64,000 nucleotides of DNA, taken from Octopus sinensis (lineage: Eukaryota). The stretch is from positions 18,352,001-18,416,000 of the forward strand of contig NC_043021.1 of NCBI RefSeq assembly GCF_006345805.1, read 5' to 3'. Shown here in pieces: positions 39,450 through 51,572 of this stretch (its first letter is position 1; each line of letters starts with the position of its first letter). The notes beneath the pieces were generated by a model. The model had not been told where the DNA came from. It worked only from the letters and a program-made list of their open reading frames with translations, and searched no databases. Both the position numbers and the translations under genes were made by a program.

Positions 39450-40010
39450 GCCCAAATTAATTAATTAATCTCGTTTCCAGTTACAGCAGATTGGAAACAA
39501 TATACTGTAATTGGTGTTCGTTAATGTTAACAGTCATGTAATTATTATTAATATGTCTGCGGTTAACCATGTTAGGTCATGTGGGCAACACAGTCACATG
39601 ATCTCCTTTAATCCTTTCTATTGGTGCTTATTTTATTTTGTTGACTTTTTTACGCATGGTTTCTTTTTATTTTTATTGTTTTATTTTCATGCTGTTGTTA
39701 TTCTTCCGGTTTGTATTGAACTTTCGACTTCTTGATAGCAAATGAAATCGATCTAATATAATGTAAAAGAAAAAAAAGGAAAAAAAAACAGGAAAGAAAA
39801 GAAAAAATATTAAATTATATTAATGATACAGAAGAAGAAGAAGATGATGAAAAAGAATTTTGAAACAATCATGTGAATAACATTTTCTCCATATCAGAGG
39901 TATCTTGTTTGTTGTTCATTAATTAATTTTGTTGTTGTTAATTAATTTTGTTGTTGTTAATTTTTGATTGTCTGAATATTAAAAAAAAATTTGAATGATC
40001 CACGTCAACT
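39450..40010. promoter_or_regulatory. Promoter-like unique segment
   Basis: ATTGG (CCAAT box, reverse) at 39490, 39510 and 39620; TCATGTG at 39577 and CACATGA at 39595; CTTCCGGT (ETS) at 39703; CCACGTCA at 40000; no recognisable TE. Confidence 0.4.
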
Positions 40011-40185
40011 TGATTAATTGGAACACAGCATTGAAAAGGGAAGGCCTTTATTTACCACTAGGTTAGTTGTACTGCCAATAGGAGATTGTACCTCCTGGTG
40101 TTTAGGGGGATAGGTCTGCTCCCTCCAAGTTGTGTGATTAACCAAGCGTTATACATAATTACAAATAAAAGGCTGTCTCACTTAC

Positions 40186-40233
<48 letters not shown>

Positions 40234-40471
40234 TATATTTGAGTAGTTGAATGAATTATTTTATTATGGATAATTCGAATTAACCAATACCTGGGTAGCA
40301 AATTCACATCAGAAAAAACACAGTTGAAGTTACGTGCTTTCGTGTGGAAATTTGTATGTTTATTTTAAAAATATAAATATATGAAAGAATGGAGTTGAAC
40401 GACGAATTAACGGAATAAAGGAATTTTGTTAATTCGTCGTTCAACTCCATTCTTTCATATATTTATATTTT

Positions 40472-40513
<42 letters not shown>

Positions 40514-40514
40514 C

Positions 40515-41140
40515 CTAGTGGTTGAGGGAACCTGTGGAAGAGGTAGACCCAGGAAAACCTGGGACAACGTGGTGAAGCACGACCTTCGAACTTTAGGTCT
40601 CACCGAGGAAATGACTAGCGATCGAGACCTTTGGAAGTATGCTGTGCGTGAGAAGACCCGGCAGGACAAGTGAGGCCATAACCCGTGGCCTCTACCTAGG
40701 ATGTAGCCAGTCCACTTATGCATTCCTTTCCTTCTTGGGACTCAAAACTCTACTTGTGAAGACCAGTTGAAGCAAGCGAAAATCAAAATCAAAATCGATC
40801 AACATCAATGGAATTTGTAGCTGTGATACCAGTGCCGGTGGCACCTAAGAGAACCATCCAAACGTGGCCATAGCCAGCGCCGCCCTGACTGGCCTCCGTG
40901 CCGGACGCATGTAAAAAGCACCATCCGATCGTGGCCGTTTGCCAGCCTCGTCTGGCACGTAAAAAGTACCCACTACACTCACGGAGTGGTTGGCGTTAGG
41001 AAGGGCATCCAGCTGTAGAAACACTGCCAGATCAGACTGGGCCTGGTGCAGCCTTCTGGCTTGCCAGACCCCAGTTGAACCGTCCAACCCATGCTAGCAT
41101 GGAAAGTGGACGTTAAACGATGATGATGAATGATGATGAT
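40515..41140 (+). mobile_element. RTE LINE 3' end: ORF2 tail, ~460-nt 3' UTR and (GAT)n tail. Its UTR is the most abundant repeat here (e.g. 4110-4425, 6640-6940, 10098-10337, 10795-11290 minus, 13200-13465, 17430-17700 minus, 24655-24835 minus, 42670-43145)
   Basis: VEGTCGRGRPRKTWDNVVKHDLRTLGLTEEMTSDRDLWKYAVREKTRQDK*, then the shared ...ccaacccatgctagcatggaaagcggacgttaaacgatgatga end. Confidence 0.78.
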
Positions 41141-41437
41141 AGTGAGAGAAAGAGGGATTTTGCTTAGGCATTGGGATGCTAATAACCTGGTGTAGAACTC
41201 AATATACACATGTTTCAGAACAAAGTGTTTGGTGAGTATAGAGTGGTAATACGACAAAGAGAGGAAACTGGAAGAACAACGGTTATGATATGAACTTCAT
41301 TAGCTTACAGATGTTTCTGCTATTAGAAGCTTGTATCTATGTTTGTGTGTGTGTGTATGCATGTATGTATGTACTTATGTATATGTGTGTGTGTATGTAT
41401 GTGTGTATGAGTATATATGTGTGTGTATATATATGTA

Positions 41438-41477
<40 letters not shown>

Positions 41478-41689
41478 TGTGTGGTTAGGGAGCTTGCTTC
41501 CTAACTACATGGTTTCGGGTTCAGTCCCACTGCATGGCACTTTGGGTAGGTGTCTTCCACTATAGCCTCGAGCCGACTGGAGCTTTGTGATTGAATTCGG
41601 TAGGTGGAAGTTACTGCCGTGTGTGTATGTGTGCGTATAGCTGCTCAGTGCCTCTCCGAAAGAGAGAGAGGGATGTATGTATGTATATA

Positions 41690-41737
<48 letters not shown>

Positions 41738-43350
41738 TTTATAAATAGGGTTCAGCAAAGATTTGCTTCACCACATACCGAAGTTTAGAAATAGCAGTCA
41801 AAAAATCTTAGCTATTCCTTCTACTTTAAAAGGGGCTTTTTAAAGTAGAAGGAATAGCTAAGACTTTTTGACTGCTATTTCTAAACTTCGGTATGTGGTG
41901 AAGCAAATCTTTGCTGAACCCTATTTATAAAGTATTACTTAAGCTTACCATGAAATGGTCTTTTTCATGCCGAATTCTACTTGGTGAAATTACTGATTAC
42001 TTCTTAATTAATTAATTTTACCCTTTGTTATTATTGATATATATATATATACACCTTTTTATAGTAAAAGCATGTGGCTTAACATTCGTATTTCGTCTTA
42101 TGTATATTCTAACAATCAATGTATACACTTCTGTTGAAATATAGACATGGATTCATTAACATTTTTGTATCCAAAACTCTAAGAAAATGCTGTCTACATG
42201 CTTGGATTTGTTTTTGAAATACTTATTTGTTGGGATACACTGAAATAACTAACTTCTCCGTCTTTAAACTGGTGTTTGGACACCTCACCACAAAAATTTC
42301 TTCTATAAAATCACAGCGAGGGGTCATATCGGAGTGCCTTGCTCAGCAACCTACCTGTAGCTCGTACGGAACCTCAACGCATCAAGGGAGTTGCTGAACC
42401 AACTACTCATGAAGTAATAACCATCGGAGTGCCTGAAGATGTTTTCTGACAAGTTGTGGTGCACCTGAGCACTGTATACAATAATTTCATTATAATATTA
42501 TAAAATATTGGTAGAATGTTTAGATTAATATAGAAATGCTTTAAAATGTGTGGTTTTGTATCCCAGAACCAGGGATAGTGTTTGACAGGTTGGTATCGAA
42601 AGGGTTAAAGACACTACTATGAGAATTGTTGTTTAACAGATTTATTAAGGATCACTTTAATAAGGAATTCCACCTGACTGGCATGTACTAAGCACCATTC
42701 AAGCATGGGTCAATGCCAGTGCTGCATGATTGGCTCTCCGAGCTGTTGGCATTTAAAAAGAACCATCCGAACATGGTTGATGCCAGTCACCCCCCACCCC
42801 AACTGGCTCCTGTGCCTGTGGAATGTAATAAGCACTATCTGAACGTGGTTGATGCCAGTGCCACCTAACTGGCTCCCCATGTCGGTGGCACGTAAAAAGC
42901 ACCATCTGAACGTGGTTGATGCTATTCCCACCACCGCCACCACCAACTGGCTCCTGTGCCAGTGGCACGTAAAAAGCACCCACAACACTCTTGGAATGGT
43001 TGGCATTAAGAAGGACATCCAGCTGTAGAAACCTTGCCAGATCAGATTGGAGCCTAGCGCAGCCTCCTGGCTTGCCAGTCCTCGGTCAAACTGTCCAACC
43101 CATGCCAGCATGGAAAGCAGACGTTAAACAATGATGATGATAATGTTATGTTATTCTTCTATTTGTTTCAGTCATTTGACTGTGGCCATGCTGAAGCACC
43201 ATCTTTAGTCAAGCAAATCAACTCCAGGACTTATTCTTTGTAAGTCTAGTACTTATTTTATTGGTCTCTCTTGCGAACTGCTAAGTGACGAGACGTAAAC
43301 ACACCAACATCGGTTTTCAAGTGATGTTGGGGCGGACAAATAATACATAC

Positions 43351-43393
<43 letters not shown>

Positions 43394-44856
43394 GAATTAT
43401 ATATATACATGATGGGCTTCTTTCAGTTTCCATCTACCAAATCCACTCACAAGGCTTTAGTCGGCCCAAGGCTATAGTAGAAGACGCTTGCCCAGGGTAC
43501 CATGCAATGGGACTGAACCTGGAATCATGTGGTTGGTAAGCAAGCTACTTCCCACACAGCCACCCCTGTGTCATATGTTGTTAAATATTTTTTTTTATAT
43601 TTCTATTTATGGTAAAGTAGAGCAAGGACAAAATGAAAATTAGTTTGGAATCAATGACTAAAAAGAAAATATTCCAACAAAAAAGAAGAAAAGACTTAGC
43701 GAAGGAGTGGAAATCCTTAAAACAGGACCAGATGCCAGGAATTAAAAAAAAACAAAAAAACTGAAGATATCAATGTTATGACTATTTCAGTAATAATCCA
43801 TTGTTATATTAATCTGGTAATTAGAAGTTTGGGGAATTAGTGAGAAATCTAGATAGATGACGAGCAGTGTTTAGGGTTTAGAGTATTTTAAGCGCAATAG
43901 ACTTAACGAGATGAAATCAGTGATGTTGTTTTTGGCAGGTAAGAGTTTACCAAAATGGAGCAGATTTATGTTTATGAAAATATTGGCAGCTTGAGAGATT
44001 GGGCGGATGCCAGTGTTATGAAATCCTGTCTGAAGAAGGAAGGTCACAACAAGCAGAACCCTTATGTTGTAACAAAAGAAAGGGGACAGTAAACATGCAT
44101 CATACAACAGCAATTGAGGGAAAGTGATTATAAGCAGAGTCCAGAGATTGTAACAGAAGGAAGGTGACAGTAAGCATGGTATCAAATGAGAGAACAAGGC
44201 AGCGAGCTGGCAGAATCGTTAGAACGCCGGGCGAAATGCTTAGCAGTATTTCGTGTGCCGTTACGTTCTGTGTTCAAATTCCGCCGAGGTCGATTTTGCC
44301 TTTCATCCTTTCGGGGTCGATTAAATAAGTACCAGTTACACACTGGGGTCGATATAATCGACTTAATCCGTTTGTCTGTCCTTGTTTGTCCTCTCTGTGT
44401 TTAGCCCCTTGTGGGTAATAAAGAAATAAGAAACATTAGGATGCCAGGCAAAATGCTTAGCAGTATTTCGTCTGTCGTTACGTTCTGAGTTCAAATTCCG
44501 CCGAGGTCGACTTTGCCTTTCATCCTTACGGGGGTCGATTAAATAAGTACCAGTTACGCACTGGGGTCGATATAATCAACTTAATCCATCTGTCTGTCCT
44601 TGTTTGTCCTCTCTGTGTTTAGCCCCTTGTGGGTAGTAAAGAAATAGATATTAAATGAGAGAAGGTGACCATCTAATAGGATACGCTCTGTCGGAAGTCA
44701 TGGAAAATAATGCGACCATCTAATAGAACATGCAAGTTGATAATGACCAAAAGAAATAAAATAAAGGTGAACTGACCAAGGACGAGTATTGGAGAGTACA
44801 GTATTTTCCTTACAGACTGATTTGCTCTTTGGCCGAATGACCAGGGAAACAGAGTT

Positions 44857-45470
44857 GTGGTCATTAGCAACACTGAGATTGTTCCTAGTAGTGACATAGA
44901 TGATGTAGTTCCCAATGATATTGAGGTTGTGGTCAGCAGTGGTATGGAAGCTGTGGTCAGTCGTAGCATTGAAGTTGTGGTCAGCAGTGACATTAAGGTT
45001 GTGGTCAGCAGTGGCATTGCAGTCATGGTCAGCAGTGGTATAGAAGCTGTGGTCAGTTGTGGCTTTGAGGTTGTGGTCAGCAATGGTATAGAAGCTATGT
45101 GATTACCAGTGATAAAGATCTTAAATCCAAATTAGGCTTTGATTATTAATGATACAAAAATTGAAGTTACCAATGACAAACGATGTAATTTACAAGAGAA
45201 AACAAGGTTACTCATAACATAGAAGCTATGGCTACCTGTGATAATAAAATGTACTTACCTGTGGACTAGAACTTATTGTTACCTGTAATACTAAATCTGT
45301 AGTTACCTGTGATAGTGGAACTATGGTTACCTGTTGTATTTAAACTGTAGTTACCTGTGATAGTGGAACTATGGTTACCTGTTGTATTTAAACTGTGGTT
45401 ATCTGTGACATTGATATGAAGTTACCTGTGGTATACTATCCAGTGATTGAAGATGTAGTGACTGGTTAAA
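44857..45470. repeat. Degenerate 24-bp tandem repeat (gtggtcagcagtggtatagaagct grading into gtagttacctgtgatagtggaact)
   Basis: Units recur every 24 nt and drift in sequence from left to right. Confidence 0.8.
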
Positions 45471-45689
45471 TATTGGGGAGGTGAAATTAGGCTACACTTC
45501 AGAGACAAATCCACCACCCCCTCACATGTCTAGATGCTTACCATGTGTAACTTTCCAACAACTTGTAATATCTTGTCCTAACAACTTGATGAACTAAAGT
45601 AAAATAAAGTGTGGTACCATGAGATGCAACAGAATTACCTGGCATAGATTAGGACAAAGTAGAATGTGGTGCCTAACATACGGCGAGGT

Positions 45690-46380
45690 AGATTAGGCTG
45701 TTGACAGTTTCGTGTGTTGCTCATGGACACAGTAGAATAAACTGTACCACACTGTGGTACCAACTTACGACTAGGTAGACTGGACTGTTGAGAGTTAAGT
45801 CTGTTTATCATGGACATAATACGGTGAACTATACCACAATGTGGCACCTCTTTACAGCTGGATTGGCTGGACTGTTGACAGTCAACTGTGTTGGTCATGT
45901 ACATAGTACAATAAACAGTACCTCATTGTGGTACCTATATACAGGTAAGTAGCCTGGACTGTTGACAGTTAACTGTGTCAGTCATGGCGGCGAGCTGGCA
46001 GAACTGTTAGCACGCCGGGTGAAATGCGTAGCCGTATTTCGTCTGCCGTTACGTTCTGAGTTCAAATTCCGCCGAGGTCGACTTTGCCTTTCATCCTTTC
46101 GGGGTCGATAAATTAAGTACCAGTTACGCACTGGGGTCGATGTAATCGACTTAATCCGTTTGTCTGTCCTTGTTTGTCCGCTCTATGTTTAGCCCCTTGT
46201 GGGTAGTAAACAAAAAGTTAACTGTGTCAGCCATGGGCACAATACAGTGAATTATACTACAGTGTAGTACCTACATACAGCTATAGACTGGTCTGTCGAC
46301 AATTGTGCTGGTCGTGGACACAGCACAGTAAACTATACCACACTGTGGTACCTCTTTACAGCCAGATTGACTGAACTGCT
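45690..46380. repeat. Degenerate ~85-90-bp tandem repeat interrupted by a SINE
   Basis: Recurrent ggactgttgacagttaactgtgt...gtcatggacacagta...aactgtaccacactgtggtacc. Confidence 0.7.
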
Positions 46381-47600
46381 GTCAGTTAAGTGTCTTGTTT
46401 AACCCGATGTTGTTGACATGATATGAACTGATGTGGTGGTGGCTATTCATAGCACTGGCAATGATGATATATCTCCTCCCTATTTTGCCTGCTACTCCAA
46501 ACCCATTTATATAATTAGTAATGTTTACTCCTAATGAGTAATTATTAAATCTCCCGTTACACATTCAGACATTCTTCCCCTCCTTCATGTGTGTGTGTGT
46601 ACCTGGCTGTCTGCCTGTGTCCATTTGTTATTGTGTGTATATGTGTGTGTGTAACATATTGATATGAATAATTAATGCATTCTAATTGTTCATACTACAC
46701 TTAATGACCATGTACTAGATTATCAATATATCAATGCTACCATACCACCACCAACACCTATACTACACTACCACCAACATTACCACTACCACCACAAACG
46801 CTAACCACTACTGATATTCTTCACCACCATCACTTCCACACTACCACCACTACAATCACCACCAACACAACTACCACCAAAACACTCACAATCAACACCA
46901 CAACTACTACTGTTACTACTATCAGCACCACCACCAAAACCAACCCCACCACCACCAACAACAGCAAGCCAATAAAGAAGCCTCTACATATTGCTTGGCC
47001 TGTTTGAAATAGTAACTGAATCTCCCTCAAATCACACCCCACCACTTAAAAACAAGGAACCCAACAACTTGTTGCATGAAGCAGTGTCTGATAGATAAAC
47101 AGATGGGGAGGGCACATCTGGAACATCTTTGACTAGGGCTGATGCACAATTAAACAGCAACAGACCCCTTCCCCTGCATTTCACTATAACAGCCACCACC
47201 ACCACCATCACCTCTGCACCAATATCAATATCTTTGATCAGAACAGATATGACTAAACAACAACAAAAACAAACAGACCCCTCCCACACCACCACCACCA
47301 CTAGACCCCTCTCCCCACTTACCTCTTCTACTACCACCAACAATGTCTTTGATCAGAACCCATGTTGAACTAAACAACAAAAAACAGACCACCCTGCTAA
47401 AACAGCCATCACCCTCAATCAATTATGTGTGTGTTTGTGTGTCATGAAACAGCTGAGAATAATTATCGGTCATAATTCTATACATTATATCTCACATGCC
47501 TATGTGTATATATGTGATTATTTTTGTGTGTGTATAAACATATATATATATATGCATTTGCGTGTATGTGTGCTTGTGTGTTATACACATGCACGCACAC

Positions 47601-48400
47601 ATTGGGTCATCCCATAAATAATGCGGTTTTTTCAATTGCATGAGCGATTTTAAGTTATTTTTTCAGAGCTATAATGGAAGTGACAAAAGAGCATTTTCGG
47701 CATATTTTGCTTTATGAGTTCAATAAAGGCAACAACGCAATGGAAAGTGTGAGGAATATTAATGCAGTCTATGGGGATCAGACTATAAGTGTAAGTCAGT
47801 GTCAACGGTGTTTCCAGAAATTCTGAGCTGGAAACTACTGCCTAGAAGACAAGCCTTGTCCTGGAAGATCTCTAGAGCTTGACGTCGACATCCTGCAAAC
47901 TCTGGTGGAACAAAATCCCATTGTAACTGTTGAGGAACTAGCAGAGAAGGTTGCATTTGGTCATTCAATCATTCATCGACACCTATGCGAAAAGAAAAAC
48001 AACCATCTTTGGTTCCAAGACAAAAGGTGTTCTTCCATCAGGATAATGCTCAGCCACATACAGAAAGGATGATACTCCAAAGGGTGGCAAAGTTTGAATG
48101 GGAAACAATGCCCCACCCATCATATTCGCCAGACATTGCACCATCTGATTATCATTTATTTCATAGTCTTCAAAATCATTTGGACGGAAAAAAATATGAA
48201 TTCCGTAGACGAGGTCAGAACAGTACTGGAGAAGTATTTTTCGTCATGGACGAAAGAATTTTGGAAGGTCCTTGCAAGTCTACCAGGTAGATGGAAGAGC
48301 ATTGTAAAAAATGAAGGAGAGTATATTTTTGATGAAAAAAGAACTTTGTTTATTTTAATTTTGAAAAATAAAAGAAGTATAAAAAACCCACATTATTTAT
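47601..48400 (+). pseudogene. Internally deleted, decayed mariner (Tc1/mariner) transposon
   Basis: Left TIR attgggtcatcccataaataatgcggtttt and partial right TIR aaaaaacccacattatttat. ATG at 47674 gives MEVTKEHFRHILLYEFNKGNNA..., then HQDNAQPH and YSPDIAPSDYHLF (mariner motifs), with stops and frameshifts. Confidence 0.9.
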
Positions 48401-49445
48401 AAACATTGTTATTATTCAATGATGAAAATGTAGCAAGCTGGCAGAGTCTCCTCTCATATCTCTTTATGTTCTGGGTTCAAATGCTGTCAGGGTTGACTTT
48501 GCCTTTCATCCCTTTTGTGGGGTTGATTAAATGAGTACCAGTGGTGCACTGGGGTCAATGTAATTGATTCACCCCCTGCCCATGAATTTCAGGTTTTTTG
48601 CCCCAAGTAGAAGGGATTATTATTATTCAACGATGAAGATTTAATTGTTCAATCAACTGTATATCACGGCCTTCCACTTACGTCTCATGCTGTAAGAGGG
48701 AGAGTAAGTTGCCCTTTCTATCTGTAGACTGGAGTGGCACTTTGGGTAACTGTTAGCAATCCCTTAGCTTCGTGCACCGACATTGGATAACTGACAAAGT
48801 GCAGGCATCCTGGACTAACGAGTTAAAGATTATTGCAGCCAAATGGAAGAGCCGCACCGTCAGACAATGGCTGAGTGCCAACTAGGAAGTGAACTGCTAT
48901 TGCATGGCAGCCTCCTCACTGACCATGGCTGTTGTACACCACTTGGTACTTGTCGTGGAGGCCCAGAGTGGCAGTTCGATGTATTTGATCAGAACAGATA
49001 TGACTAAACAATAACAAAAACAACAGACCCCTCCCCCACCACCACAGGACAGCCAGCATCAGCTTGCGACAGACAATGGACAAGGAATTGCTCTTAAATT
49101 AATGTGTATGTGGCTGTGTATTCCACAGACATGTGTACCCTTAATGCAATTCTTAGGCAATATCGGCGTGACATGGTGTGTGATGAGACAAGGCTGTATC
49201 TTTTGAAATCCAGGGACAATCAACCCAACATAATTCTGTACAGTTTTTATCTCCCCAGTTTTACTTGCAAGGTATGGGGTATTTGCCCCAGAGTCCATGC
49301 AGTAGGTTCCACCCTAGAACTTTGTGGGTGCAAAGCAAACTGCTTAACCATTTGGCCATATTGCATACGCTCACCCAAAAACTCACTTGTTTACTTTTCT
49401 CTGTTTTTGTCTATGAGTGTGTATATTATGTTTGTGTATATCTGT

Positions 49446-49487
<42 letters not shown>

Positions 49488-50155
49488 TGCAGGAGTGGCT
49501 GTGTGGTAAGTAGCTTTTTAACCAACCACATGGTTCCAGGGTTCAGTCCCACTGCGTGGCATCGTGGGCAAGTGTCTTCTGCTATAGCCCCGGGCCGACT
49601 AATGCCTTGTGAGTGGATTTGGTAGACGGAAACTGAAAGAAGCCTGTCGTATATATCTATATATATATATATATGTGTGTGTGTGTTTGTGTGTCTGTGT
49701 TTGTCCCCTTAGCATTGCTTGACAACCGATGCTGGTGTGTTTACGTCCCCGTCACTTAGCGGTTCGGCAAAAAAGAGACCGATAGAATAAGTACTGGGCT
49801 TACGAAAGAATAAGTCCCGGGGTCGATTTGCTCGACTAAAGGCGGTGCTCCAGCATGGCCGCAGTCAAATGACTGAAACAAGTAAAAGAGTGTATATACA
49901 TGTGTGTCTGTCTTTATGTATATACACACCTGCATTCACTCTTACCACCCACCATGTATTAAGTATGAAATTTACATAAAGTGGTTCTACTTGAACACAA
50001 GGTGGTGGAGATCAGATATATTTGCATACCGTAAATAGTTCAACTTCATTAACAACAGCAACAACAACTGGAGATAAAAATAAAACATCAAACGTTTGTT
50101 CCCCCCCCCCGTCACTTTGAGTAGGTGGGGTGGGTGAGGTAAGTTGGGTAGATAT

Positions 50156-51272
50156 GTAGTTTGGGATTGGTCTGTGAGTGAGTATGGGGTATATATGGTT
50201 TGGATTTAGTGGTCACTTTGCAAGTGAGTTGAGGGTGTGTGCAGAGACATGTAGTTTGGGATTGGTCAGTGAGTGAGTATGGGGTATATATGGTTTGGAT
50301 TTAGTGGTCACTTTGCAAGTGAGTTGAGGGTGTGTGCAGAGACATGTAGTTTGGGATTGGTCAGTGAGTGAGTATGGGGTATATATGGTTTGGATTTAGT
50401 GGTCACTTTGCAAGTGAGTTGAGGGTGTGTGCAGAGACATGTAGTTTGGGATTGGTCAGTGAGTGAGTATGGGGTATATATGGTTTGGATTTAGTGGTCA
50501 CTTTGCAAGTGAGTTGAGGGTGTGTGCAGAGACATGTAGTTTGGGATTGGTCAGTGAGTGAGTATGGGGTATATATGGTTTGGATTTAGTGGTCACTTAG
50601 CAAGTGAGTTGAGGGTGTGTGCAGAGACATGTAGTTTGGGATTGGTCAGTGAGTGAGTATGGGGTATATATGGTTTGGATTTAGTGGTCACTTTGCAAGT
50701 GAGTTGAGGGTGTGTGCAGAGACATGTAGTTTGGGATTGGTCAGTGAGTGAGTATGGGGTATATATGGTTTGGATTTAGTGGTCACTTTGCAAGTGAGTT
50801 GAGGGTGTGTGCACAGACATGTAGTTTGGGATTGGTCAGTGAGTGAGTATGGGGTATATATGGTTTGGATTTAGTGGTCACTTTGCAAGTGAGTTGAGAG
50901 TGTGTGCAGAGACATGTAGTTTGGGATTGGTCAGTGAGTGAGTATGGGGTATATATGGTTTGGATTTAGTAGTCACTTCGCAAGTGAGTTGAGGGTGTGT
51001 GCAGAGACATGTAGTTTGGGATTGGTCAGTGAGTGAGTATGGGGTATATATGGTTTGGATTTAGTGGTCACTTTGCAAGTGAGTTGAGGGTGTATGCAGA
51101 GACATGTAGTTTGGGATTGGTCTGTGAGAGAGTATGGGGTATATACGGTTTGGATTTAGTGGTCACTTTGCAAGTGAGTTGAGGGTGTGTGCAGAGACAT
51201 GTAGTTTGGGATTGGTCAGTGAGTGAGTATGGGGTATATATGGTTTGGATTTAGTGGTCACTCTGCAAGTGA
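50156..51272. repeat. 95-bp minisatellite, ~11.8 copies, highly homogeneous
   Basis: Unit starts gtagtttggg at 50156, 50251, 50346, 50441 ... 51201. Confidence 0.95.
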
Positions 51273-51355
51273 AGAGCTCATGTGGTTTAGGACTGGTCAC
51301 TGAGTAAGTGAGAGAGAGTTGTGTGGATTCAGTTTGCTGGTCACTTTAGTATATA

Positions 51356-51572
51356 CGAGGGGGTACTGAAAAGGTCCTGGCTTTAAGGGTATTGCGAAAA
51401 GCCTGGTTGGAGGCCCAGCATTCCGAGTTCTTTTGCAGGGTTTAGGAAAACTGAAGGACCACTGCATTAATTATGTGAATCTGAGAGGGGAACATGTTGA
51501 ATAAAATCATTATTAACTGATCCTCCAGTATTTTTTTTTACCCAAAGCCAGGAACTTTTCAGTGTCCCATCG
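51356..51572 (+). mobile_element. Mariner-derived MITE with TA target duplication (second, truncated copy at ~32647-32855)
   Basis: TA|cgagggggtactgaaaag ... cttttcagtgtcccatcg|TA; the interior encodes a transposase C-terminal-like CVNLRGEYV remnant. Confidence 0.75.

Noticed and set aside
43900-43950. Strong donor-like GGCAG|GTAAGA
   Set aside because: No supportable upstream acceptor or coding frame; isolated consensus matches are expected by chance.
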